Below are positions 21,837-29,970 of a stretch of DNA of 64,000 bases, in pieces; within the stretch, counting starts at the first letter, position 1; every line of letters starts with the position of its first letter. A model generated the notes under the pieces. That model did no database searches, was not told the origin of the DNA, and saw only the letters and a list, made by a program, of their open reading frames with translations. The translations under genes were made by a program, and so were the position numbers. The DNA comes from Bacillota bacterium (GTDB lineage: Bacteria > Bacillota > TC1): contig JAQUGR010000008.1 of the NCBI GenBank assembly GCA_028683955.1, positions 5,371 to 69,370 of the forward strand. Reading direction: 5' to 3'.

Positions 21837-23477
21837 ATGATTGATGGAATTTACTTATATAAACTAATTAATGTTATTAAAGAAGAATTAATAGGATCAA
21901 GAATTGATAAAATTTATCAACCTAATGAAAAATTATTAATATTCAGAATAAAAAATAATAAACTAGATTTAAATAAATTAGTAATTAGCATAGACCCTAA
22001 CTTTTGTTCTTTACATCTTTCTTCAATAAGTTTAATAAATCCTGATCAACCAACAAGTTTTTGTATGTTACTAAGAAAACATTTAGAGAGTGGAATCATA
22101 GTTGATATAAAACAATTTGGCTATGAAAGGATCATTGAACTATCAATTGAATCTTATAATGAACTAGGTATAAAGACACTTAAAGTATTACATATAGAAT
22201 TAATGGGTAAATATGCAAATGTTATCCTCACTGATAGCAAAATAATAGTTGATGCAATCTACAAATACCCAATTGGTGTTAACGGATTTAGAGAAATCTT
22301 ATCAAAAAGAGCATACATCCTTCCACCTTTAAACAACAAACTAACTCTCGATGATAAAAACATAAATAAACTATTAGCAACTATTAATAATAAGGAACTA
22401 CAAGATTTATCTTTATCAACTTTTTTGCAACAACATCTTCAAGGTTTTGGCAAGAAATCCATGAATGATTTAATTGAATTATTAAATTTAAAAGATATGA
22501 AGATTGGAAACCTAAATACTAATCATTTGATATCCTTGAGAAAAGGTATAATTGAATATCGAGAAGCTCTTGATGTGAAGAATGTAAATATCAAATACGA
22601 AACTGATACTGCTTTTAATCAATTCTATTTCAATAAAGAAATTGGACAAAAAAAGCAAATTCTGAATTCAATTGTGAATAAACAAATTAAGAAATTGATT
22701 AAAAAAGCAAATATTTATAAAGATAAAATAAATCAGGATACTGATAGTGAGAACCTAAGAATAAAAGGTGAACTTTTATCTGCAAATTTATATCAGATTA
22801 ATAAACGTTTAAACTATGTTGATTTAGAAAATTATTATGATCCAGAACTGCCAATTATGAGAATTGATTTAAATGAAGCCTTGTCTCCCTCTCAAAATGT
22901 AAAACAATATTTCAAAAAATATCATAAAGTTAAAGAGGGTAAAAAACAAAGCGAAATATTATTAAATGAGGTTGGTAATGAATTAGACTATTTTAATTCT
23001 ATTGAAGTTAGCATTAATAACTGCAATGATTTAATGGATCTTCAGGAAATAAGAGATGAATTAGAATCAATAGGCTTATTACAAAAGAAATCTAAAGGTA
23101 AGAAACCAGCTAAAAAACTAAATTATTTAAGAGTTGAGTTAGATAATGGCGACATTATTCTAATTGGAAAAAATAATAAGCAAAATGATTACTTAACTTT
23201 TAAAGATGCTAGTAATAGAGATTTATGGTTCCATCGTCAAGATTATCCAGGAGCCCACGTAATCCTTAAATCTATAGGGGAACCTAATAATGAAAGTATA
23301 GAAAAAGCAGCCTGGTATGCCGGATTTTATGGAAATAATGATAATTTAGATGGGGTTACAGTTGATTATACTTTTAAAAAACACGTTAAGAGACACCCCT
23401 CTCTTAAATTAGGCAAAGTCTTTTATACCGATTTTAATAGTATTTATATTAACAAAAAAATTAGTCAGGATAAATAA
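21837..23477 (+). CDS. rqcH: NFACT-family ribosome quality control protein RqcH (fibronectin-binding protein A-like)
   Basis: The 546-aa product has an NFACT-N domain, a coiled-coil middle and the DUF814 motif DLWFHRQDYPGAHVILK. Confidence 0.88.
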   Translation: MIDGIYLYKLINVIKEELIGSRIDKIYQPNEKLLIFRIKNNKLDLNKLVISIDPNFCSLHLSSISLINPDQPTSFCMLLRKHLESGIIVDIKQFGYERIIELSIESYNELGIKTLKVLHIELMGKYANVILTDSKIIVDAIYKYPIGVNGFREILSKRAYILPPLNNKLTLDDKNINKLLATINNKELQDLSLSTFLQQHLQGFGKKSMNDLIELLNLKDMKIGNLNTNHLISLRKGIIEYREALDVKNVNIKYETDTAFNQFYFNKEIGQKKQILNSIVNKQIKKLIKKANIYKDKINQDTDSENLRIKGELLSANLYQINKRLNYVDLENYYDPELPIMRIDLNEALSPSQNVKQYFKKYHKVKEGKKQSEILLNEVGNELDYFNSIEVSINNCNDLMDLQEIRDELESIGLLQKKSKGKKPAKKLNYLRVELDNGDIILIGKNNKQNDYLTFKDASNRDLWFHRQDYPGAHVILKSIGEPNNESIEKAAWYAGFYGNNDNLDGVTVDYTFKKHVKRHPSLKLGKVFYTDFNSIYINKKISQDK

Positions 23478-23490
23478 TTATCCTGACTAA
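23461..23490. terminator. Bidirectional intrinsic terminator shared by rqcH and folBK
   Basis: A 12-bp inverted repeat TTAGTCAGGATA / TATCCTGACTAA has an A-run upstream and a T-run downstream. It overlaps the rqcH stop. Confidence 0.75.
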
Positions 23491-23497
23491 TTTTTAT

Positions 23498-24346
23498 TTA
23501 TGATAAAGATTCTTTAAATAATCTAACACTATCTTTATCAACCTTAGCTATCATCTCATCAATATTCATGCCCTTAATTTCAAAGTCATCATTTACTACA
23601 TCTTTTAATGGTAATAGAACAAATGCTCTTTGTGTAATACCAGGATGTGGTAGAGTTAATATTTCTTCATCAGATGTATAATTATCATAGGTCAAAATAT
23701 CAACATCAATTGTTCTAGGACCCCATCTTACATCTCTTTTTCTTAAAAGATTACCTTCAATATGATTACAATATTTTAATAAGGCTCTTGGACTAAGACT
23801 AGTTTTAACCTCTACAACCATATTTAAAAACATACCTTGATCTTCATAACCAAATGGATCTGTTTCATAAACTTTACTAATTTTTGTAACTTCTATTTCT
23901 TTATTAAATTCTAATTGGTGAATAGCTGAATTTAAATACCCTTCTCTATCACCTAGATTGCTGCCTAACCCAATATAGGAAATCAATTCTCTTTTTATTT
24001 CTTGTTGGATACCAAAATAATCACAAGTAACTGGTATAGGAACTTCAGGTTTCATAACAAATACTTGAACTGATTTAATTCTAAAGAATTTATCAATTAT
24101 TGCTTTACCGATATCATAACCTAGCTGCTCCAAAATCTTATATTTTTTGCTAAAAAACACCTCATTTACAACATCATAAATATCAACATAACTTACTGAG
24201 TCATCTAAATCACCACTTGTGTGAGATAAACTTAACTCACCATAGGCTTCGATAGTAACTTTAAATCTTTGTCCTAAAATATTTTCCTCGGGAAAATAGC
24301 CATGGTAGCCATAAAATTCAAGGTTGCTTAATACAATCTTATCCAA
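23498..24346 (-). CDS. folBK: Bifunctional dihydroneopterin aldolase / HPPK
   Basis: The N-terminal half has the FolB motif LEFYGYHGYFPEE. The C-terminal half has the FolK motifs IGLGSNLGD and RWGPRTIDVDIL. Confidence 0.92.
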   Translation of the reverse strand: MDKIVLSNLEFYGYHGYFPEENILGQRFKVTIEAYGELSLSHTSGDLDDSVSYVDIYDVVNEVFFSKKYKILEQLGYDIGKAIIDKFFRIKSVQVFVMKPEVPIPVTCDYFGIQQEIKRELISYIGLGSNLGDREGYLNSAIHQLEFNKEIEVTKISKVYETDPFGYEDQGMFLNMVVEVKTSLSPRALLKYCNHIEGNLLRKRDVRWGPRTIDVDILTYDNYTSDEEILTLPHPGITQRAFVLLPLKDVVNDDFEIKGMNIDEMIAKVDKDSVRLFKESLS

Positions 24347-25082
24347 AACATTTCCTCCTATCTAATTCCTTTTCTAATAAATATAATTTTTTAATTTTAT
24401 CAAAACTAACTTGATCAAAACTTATACGTTTATCTTTTATTCCTTCAATTCTCAATAATTCAATAAGTGAATTACTAATAAATATACCATCAGAATTTAT
24501 AAAATCTTCAATATGATAATTACCTTCAATACAATCGCATTTTTTAAATATTACTTCTCTTAATATTCCATTTAATACCCCATTTTTTAATGCAGGAGTA
24601 TGAATAACTCCTCCTTTAATAAAATAAATATTAGCAATGGAACAGCTTGTAACAAAACCTTTTTCATTTAAATAAATGGTATCTAAAAATCCAGACTCTC
24701 TAACTTTTTTCAGTTCTTCTAGTCGCTCTAAATAATCATTTGTTTTATAAAAATACTTTACATCTTTACTATTTCTGATTATCTTAGATATATCTAAAAA
24801 TCCAGACCCTTTATATTCTACATCTCTAAACGATAAAATACAACCTTTACTATCCCAAACTAATCTACCACCATGCTTTCCAAGCTTTGGAACATTATCT
24901 CTAATAAATGATTTAATATTATCAATATCTATACTACTATTAAATAAATCATTAGAGGCTATATTTAGTCTACTTAGATGCTCATCTAAAAAGTATGTGT
25001 GACCGTCTTCTATTAAAAAAGTCTCGAATAGGCTATTATTATATTCTGTAATACTTTTATTTTCTTCGATCCTATAATTCAA
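24339..25082 (-). CDS. pabC: Aminodeoxychorismate lyase (class IV aminotransferase fold)
   Basis: This 247-aa class IV-like protein sits directly after pabB in a folate cluster. Confidence 0.75.
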   Translation of the reverse strand: MNYRIEENKSITEYNNSLFETFLIEDGHTYFLDEHLSRLNIASNDLFNSSIDIDNIKSFIRDNVPKLGKHGGRLVWDSKGCILSFRDVEYKGSGFLDISKIIRNSKDVKYFYKTNDYLERLEELKKVRESGFLDTIYLNEKGFVTSCSIANIYFIKGGVIHTPALKNGVLNGILREVIFKKCDCIEGNYHIEDFINSDGIFISNSLIELLRIEGIKDKRISFDQVSFDKIKKLYLLEKELDRRKCFG

Positions 25083-26388
25083 GGTCTAAACTCCTTCTTA
25101 ATCCTAATCCTTTGTGTTCTGTTTCTAAAAATTCTGAATTACTATCTGATTTCCAAGTAATCCCTCCACCAACATTATAATTAAAATGATTACCTTCTGT
25201 TATTATAGTTCTTATTGCTATATTAAAGTCAAAATCTCCATCACTATTTATATAGCCAATCGCTCCTGTATATAAACCTCTAGGAAATTCTTCTAATTCA
25301 TCTATAATTTCAACTGCTCTTTTTTTAGGTGTTCCTGTTATAGACCCTCCTGGGAATAATCTGTAAAGAACATCAAAAGGACTTAACCCTATTTCAATTT
25401 CACTTTCAATAGTACTTACTAAATGATGAACCGTCTCATAAGTTTCAAGTTTGAAAAGTTCTTTAACTCTTACACTACCACTTTTACTCACTCTGCTTAA
25501 ATCATTTCTTTCTAAATCTACTATCATTAATAATTCGCTTTTATCTTTTTCACTTGTTTTTAATTTCCTTTTTTTCATGAAATCAGTAATAATATTTTTA
25601 CCTTTATCAATTGTGCCTTTTATAGGACGGGTTTCTAAAACACCAGATTTCGATTTTATTAATCTTTCTGGTGAACTTGATAAAATTGCCCAATCATGAT
25701 GTCTAATAAATGCAGAAAATGGAGCTGGATTAGTATTTCTTAATTTAAGATACATTTCATTATAATTTATATTTTCTAAAACACCTGAAAACCTTCTAGT
25801 GTAATTAATCTGATAAACATCACCTTCATAAATATAATCTTTTATAGTTTTGATTTTTTTTTTATATTCATTATAAATCTCGTGATAGGTAATTATATAT
25901 ATGTTTTTAACTAACTTTTTATTAATAGTCATATAATCTTCTATTTTGTTATATATTTCAAGTGCATATTCTTCATGAAGATGATCAAAATATATTGAAA
26001 ACTTGTTTTCTTTTATATTTTCAACTATAACAACAGGATAATACCCTAAGAATCCTAGTGGAATTTTAGAAGTATAGTCAAACCTGCTTTTTACATCTAG
26101 AAATGTCATACCTAAATCATAGGTTAAAAAAGAAAAAAAACTAGGAAAGGTTAATTCTTCAATACCTTTCCTGTACTTCTCGTAAAAATCATTCAATTTA
26201 TTTATTGCTTGTAAACCACCTGATTTTATAATCATATAATCTAAAGGTTTTATGCCAATATATGTATAGTTACTCTGTGAGTCATTTCTTTTATTACTTT
26301 CTAACATAAAAAAATAATCTTCATCTTTAAATATTTCTATTATATCTTCAATTGTAATTTTGTTTATTATATCAATTTGTTTTTTCAT
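25072..26388 (-). CDS. pabB: Aminodeoxychorismate synthase component I
   Basis: Chorismate-binding motifs are present: FPGGSITGTPKKRAVEII and RGLYTGAIGY. Confidence 0.9.
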   Translation of the reverse strand: MKKQIDIINKITIEDIIEIFKDEDYFFMLESNKRNDSQSNYTYIGIKPLDYMIIKSGGLQAINKLNDFYEKYRKGIEELTFPSFFSFLTYDLGMTFLDVKSRFDYTSKIPLGFLGYYPVVIVENIKENKFSIYFDHLHEEYALEIYNKIEDYMTINKKLVKNIYIITYHEIYNEYKKKIKTIKDYIYEGDVYQINYTRRFSGVLENINYNEMYLKLRNTNPAPFSAFIRHHDWAILSSSPERLIKSKSGVLETRPIKGTIDKGKNIITDFMKKRKLKTSEKDKSELLMIVDLERNDLSRVSKSGSVRVKELFKLETYETVHHLVSTIESEIEIGLSPFDVLYRLFPGGSITGTPKKRAVEIIDELEEFPRGLYTGAIGYINSDGDFDFNIAIRTIITEGNHFNYNVGGGITWKSDSNSEFLETEHKGLGLRRSLDLEL

Positions 26389-26956
26389 TTTTTATCCTTA
26401 AAAAATTTTTAAATAAATCTAATCCTTGTTCAGTCAATATTGCTTCAGGATGGTACTGTACTCCATATAACATCATATCTTTATTTTCTATACTCATAAT
26501 AGTACTATCTTTTAATTTAGAAGTTATAGTAAACATTTTATCAAGATTACTTTTATCGATAGATAATGAATGATACCTAGTTACCTTTAAAGGGTTTTTT
26601 AAATCTTCGTATAATCCATCTTTGTTATGATATATTTTATCAACAACTCCATGTACTGGATTGCCTTTAAGTAAAGTTCCATTATGAACATAATTTATAC
26701 ATTGAAATCCAAGACATATTCCTAAAATTGGTATTTTCCCTTCATATAATTTAATTATATCTAAAGAGAATCCTGCATCTTCTGGTCTTTTGGGACCAGG
26801 TGAAATTATTATATGACTAATATTATCAAAATCTAGATCAAATAACCGTATATCGTCATTATTTATCACTATAACTTCTTGATGTAATATTTTTAAGTAT
26901 TCATATATATTAAATGTAAAAGAATCATAATTATCAATTAAAAGTACCATCTTCAT
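26372..26956 (-). CDS. pabA: Aminodeoxychorismate/anthranilate synthase component II (glutamine amidotransferase)
   Basis: GATase-1 motifs are present: GICLGFQ and YHPE. Confidence 0.9.
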   Translation of the reverse strand: MKMVLLIDNYDSFTFNIYEYLKILHQEVIVINNDDIRLFDLDFDNISHIIISPGPKRPEDAGFSLDIIKLYEGKIPILGICLGFQCINYVHNGTLLKGNPVHGVVDKIYHNKDGLYEDLKNPLKVTRYHSLSIDKSNLDKMFTITSKLKDSTIMSIENKDMMLYGVQYHPEAILTEQGLDLFKNFLRIKNEKTN

Positions 26957-27049
26957 ACCTCTTCTGCAATATTATAACATAAATAAACTTTAAAATAGGG
27001 AAAAAGAATAAAAGATAATATATAATAAAGTTATATTAAGGAGGGAAAG

Positions 27050-27823
27050 ATGTACGATGAATTAAAAGTTGCTTTAAAAGCAGGAGAAATTATGTTAAGA
27101 AATGGCTCAGAAACTTTCAGAGTCCAATATATAATAAAAAAAATGCTTAAAAATTTAGAAATAACTTCTGATGATGTTGTGGTTATAGGGACTGCAATTA
27201 TAGTTACAATTGAACCAAAAAAAGGTAATCCTATTACTCTTTCTAGAAGTATACCTAGAAGAATGAACAATTTACAAAAACTATCCCTTGTAACTAAAGT
27301 AGTTGACGATTATTCAAAAAATATTATAAATATGAGTGAATCTATGGAAAAACTTAATACCATTGACAATACCATTACATATCCATTTTGGTTAAAGGTT
27401 ATCGGGACAAGTTTAGGAACATTTTCTTTTACTTTAGGTTTTGGTGGTTCTTTAACAGGGGCTATCGCTATATTTCTTATAACCCTTTTCCCTGCTTATT
27501 TTATTCAAGTTTTCTATAAGAATAATGTTCCGTATTTTATATCAAATATACTTGCTGGAGCATTAATAAGTATATTTAGCCTTATAGCTTTCAATTTTTA
27601 CCCATTATTACAATATGACAAAATGATAGCTAGTGCTATTGTTATTCTTACACCTGGTATTGCCGCAATAACTGCTATTCGAGATGTTGTAAATGGTGAT
27701 TTTATTACAGGTGCTAGTAGAGGTATGGAAGCACTTCTATCAGCAGCCGGTTTAAGTATTGGCGTAGGCTTTATCTTTGCTCTATATGTATTTATAACTG
27801 GAGGTGGAGTATGGCAATTCTAG
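27050..27823 (+). CDS. Threonine/serine exporter family protein, ThrE (DUF1212) part
   Basis: The 257-aa product has a cytoplasmic N-domain followed by five TM helices. It is paired with a DUF3815-like partner downstream. Confidence 0.75.
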   Translation: MYDELKVALKAGEIMLRNGSETFRVQYIIKKMLKNLEITSDDVVVIGTAIIVTIEPKKGNPITLSRSIPRRMNNLQKLSLVTKVVDDYSKNIINMSESMEKLNTIDNTITYPFWLKVIGTSLGTFSFTLGFGGSLTGAIAIFLITLFPAYFIQVFYKNNVPYFISNILAGALISIFSLIAFNFYPLLQYDKMIASAIVILTPGIAAITAIRDVVNGDFITGASRGMEALLSAAGLSIGVGFIFALYVFITGGGVWQF

Positions 27824-28260
27824 AAATTATTATGATGGGTATAGGTACAGGTTTTATAAGTATTGCCTTAGAAGCTAGTAAAGAAGATCTTCCTATAAAT
27901 GCAATGTTAGGTTCTATTTGCTGGGCAACCTATTTATATTCTTTTCAGATCTTTGATAATACCATGTTATCGATTTTTTTAGCTTCATTTCTAATTTCCT
28001 TTTTGTCAATATATTTAACAAGAAAAATTGGTAAGCCACTTCAAGTATATTTGATTGCTGGCATAATTCCTCTCCTTCCAGGTTTAAATATTTATTATAT
28101 GGTATTTGGTTTTGTTAATCAGGATTCAAAAGAGATAATAGAAAATGCCAACCTAACAGTTCAAATATTGGCAATTATTGTTTTGAGTTTGGTGTTTGCA
28201 TCCTCAATAACAAAACTATTAAAACGGTTAAATTTTACAAAAAAAAGATCAGAGAATTAA
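27811..28260 (+). CDS. Threonine/serine exporter family protein, DUF3815 part
   Basis: This 149-aa four-TM protein overlaps the upstream gene by 13 nt. Confidence 0.7.
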   Translation: MAILEIIMMGIGTGFISIALEASKEDLPINAMLGSICWATYLYSFQIFDNTMLSIFLASFLISFLSIYLTRKIGKPLQVYLIAGIIPLLPGLNIYYMVFGFVNQDSKEIIENANLTVQILAIIVLSLVFASSITKLLKRLNFTKKRSEN

Positions 28261-28280
28261 AAATCTCTGATCTTTTTTAT
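28241..28280. terminator. Bidirectional intrinsic terminator between the exporter pair and the fdh/nuoF-like operon
   Basis: Inverted repeat AAAGATCAGAGA / TCTCTGATCTTT with flanking A and T runs. Confidence 0.75.
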
Positions 28281-28295
28281 CTTATTAACTTATTT

Positions 28296-29969
28296 TTAAA
28301 GTAAATCTTTATAATTAGTTAAAATACTAGTTATTGTAGATGGAGCTAATTGACCTAATGCGCATAATGATGCGGATTCCATCAATTGAGTTAATGAGGT
28401 TAATTTTTCTAAATTACTTTCATTACTTCCATCTTTACTTATTGTTTCTAACAATTCTGCAGCTCTCTTTGTACCTTCTCTACAAGGTACACACTTTCCA
28501 CAAGATTCCTTTATTGCATATTCCATGGATTCTTTTGCTAAGTCCATCATTGAAGTTTTTCCAGCAACCACATAAATACTTGTTCCTTCCATCACTCCAG
28601 AAATTAATCCAAACTTTAAAGGAGTATCTAAATCAACAGCTTTTTCAAGTTTATCTAATGTTAGGATAGGACCAATAGGACCACCTATTCTAACTCCTAC
28701 TAATTCTCCAATTACTCCACCTGAATAGGTATCAATAATTTCTTTTATTGTTGTATTTGTTGGTACTTCAATTATAGAGGGCGTATTTACATCTCCTTCT
28801 AATGAAATGATTTTGAAACCTGGATTTTTTGGAGTTCCAATTTCCTTATATGCATCAACTCCTAAATTAAGTACATCAGGTACATTAATTAATGTTTCTA
28901 CATTTGCTACTAAATTTGTATATACAATAGCTGCTACAGGACATACTGACATACAATTTCCACATTGTATACATATTGTTGGATCAATAATATGTCTTGT
29001 CTTTGGAGCACTTTCTATACAGGAAACTGGACAATTCTTTGCACATTTCGTACAACCTATACATTTTTCTGTAATGTAGTACTCTAATGGTTTTCCACTA
29101 ACACCAAATGATCTTACATTAACATTTTTATCACGATGTACATTAATATCTCTTTCAATATATTCATCAACTTCTACTTCTCTTGGACTAACGAAATTAT
29201 CAGCTGAGAATCTAACCTCAATATTAAAAGAAAATTCATTATTTAATACTTTTTCTCCTAGTATACCGGCTGCATACGCATCTTTAACAGCCTTTTCCAT
29301 CTCTTTTGTATAACTAGTATAAATATAACCTTGATTAGTACCAACTGAATATCCAGCAATTATCATGCCTTCTATTAGTTTAAATGGATTATCGTTAATT
29401 ATTTTTCCATCAATTGCATTATTATTGATATCAGCATTACAAATAATACCTTTATTATTAAATTCTATAATATTAGCAATAGCTTCCCACTTAATACTAG
29501 CGACAAAGCCCCCATCACCTTTACCTTTAAAACCAGAATCTTTAATAGTTTGTAAAGTATTGGCTTTAGCATGTGATAATACATTAGCTAAGGCACCAAA
29601 TCCTCCATTATCTATATATGAATCAATATCTTTGAATACGCTTAAAGATGGTATCTCTTTTTTATCTATAGCAATAATATCCTTTAAAGTATACTTCTTC
29701 TTAATTTGAGAAACATATGGTTTTTGTCTTTCTGTATATTCAACAGGTTGATCATTTAAAAATGAATAATATTGTATTAAATTATCAATTCGAGATATTG
29801 GTGCACCTAATACTTCTTCAATTAGAATAACAATATCTCTTGGAATATAACCAATTAATTCTTGTGATTTAAACAAAGTAGCCATTAAAACGCCCTTTGC
29901 TTCTCTATTATCATTCATATATTGAACTAAATTATCAACTATATCTTTATTTTTTTCTATTTCAAACAT
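28296..29969 (-). CDS. NuoF/HydB-like Fe-S subunit, atypical: degenerate FMN/NADH motifs and an inserted 2x[4Fe-4S] ferredoxin module
   Basis: NuoF-like blocks GFKGKGDGGFVASIKW, ICNAD, LIEGMIIAGY and NVETL are present. So are an SLBB-like segment and the C-terminal ESCGKCVPCREG...SLCALGQ. The insert CIGCTKCAKNCP...CIQCGNCMSVCP spans aa 297-350. The gene starts 1 nt after the fdhA stop. Confidence 0.75.
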   Translation of the reverse strand: MFEIEKNKDIVDNLVQYMNDNREAKGVLMATLFKSQELIGYIPRDIVILIEEVLGAPISRIDNLIQYYSFLNDQPVEYTERQKPYVSQIKKKYTLKDIIAIDKKEIPSLSVFKDIDSYIDNGGFGALANVLSHAKANTLQTIKDSGFKGKGDGGFVASIKWEAIANIIEFNNKGIICNADINNNAIDGKIINDNPFKLIEGMIIAGYSVGTNQGYIYTSYTKEMEKAVKDAYAAGILGEKVLNNEFSFNIEVRFSADNFVSPREVEVDEYIERDINVHRDKNVNVRSFGVSGKPLEYYITEKCIGCTKCAKNCPVSCIESAPKTRHIIDPTICIQCGNCMSVCPVAAIVYTNLVANVETLINVPDVLNLGVDAYKEIGTPKNPGFKIISLEGDVNTPSIIEVPTNTTIKEIIDTYSGGVIGELVGVRIGGPIGPILTLDKLEKAVDLDTPLKFGLISGVMEGTSIYVVAGKTSMMDLAKESMEYAIKESCGKCVPCREGTKRAAELLETISKDGSNESNLEKLTSLTQLMESASLCALGQLAPSTITSILTNYKDLL

Positions 29970-29970
29970 T

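Noticed and set aside
27031-27270. A 79-aa minus-strand ORF overlapping the start of the ThrE-family gene.
   Set aside because: It overlaps a better-supported plus-strand gene that has an SD (AAGGAGGG). It has no motif and no SD of its own.
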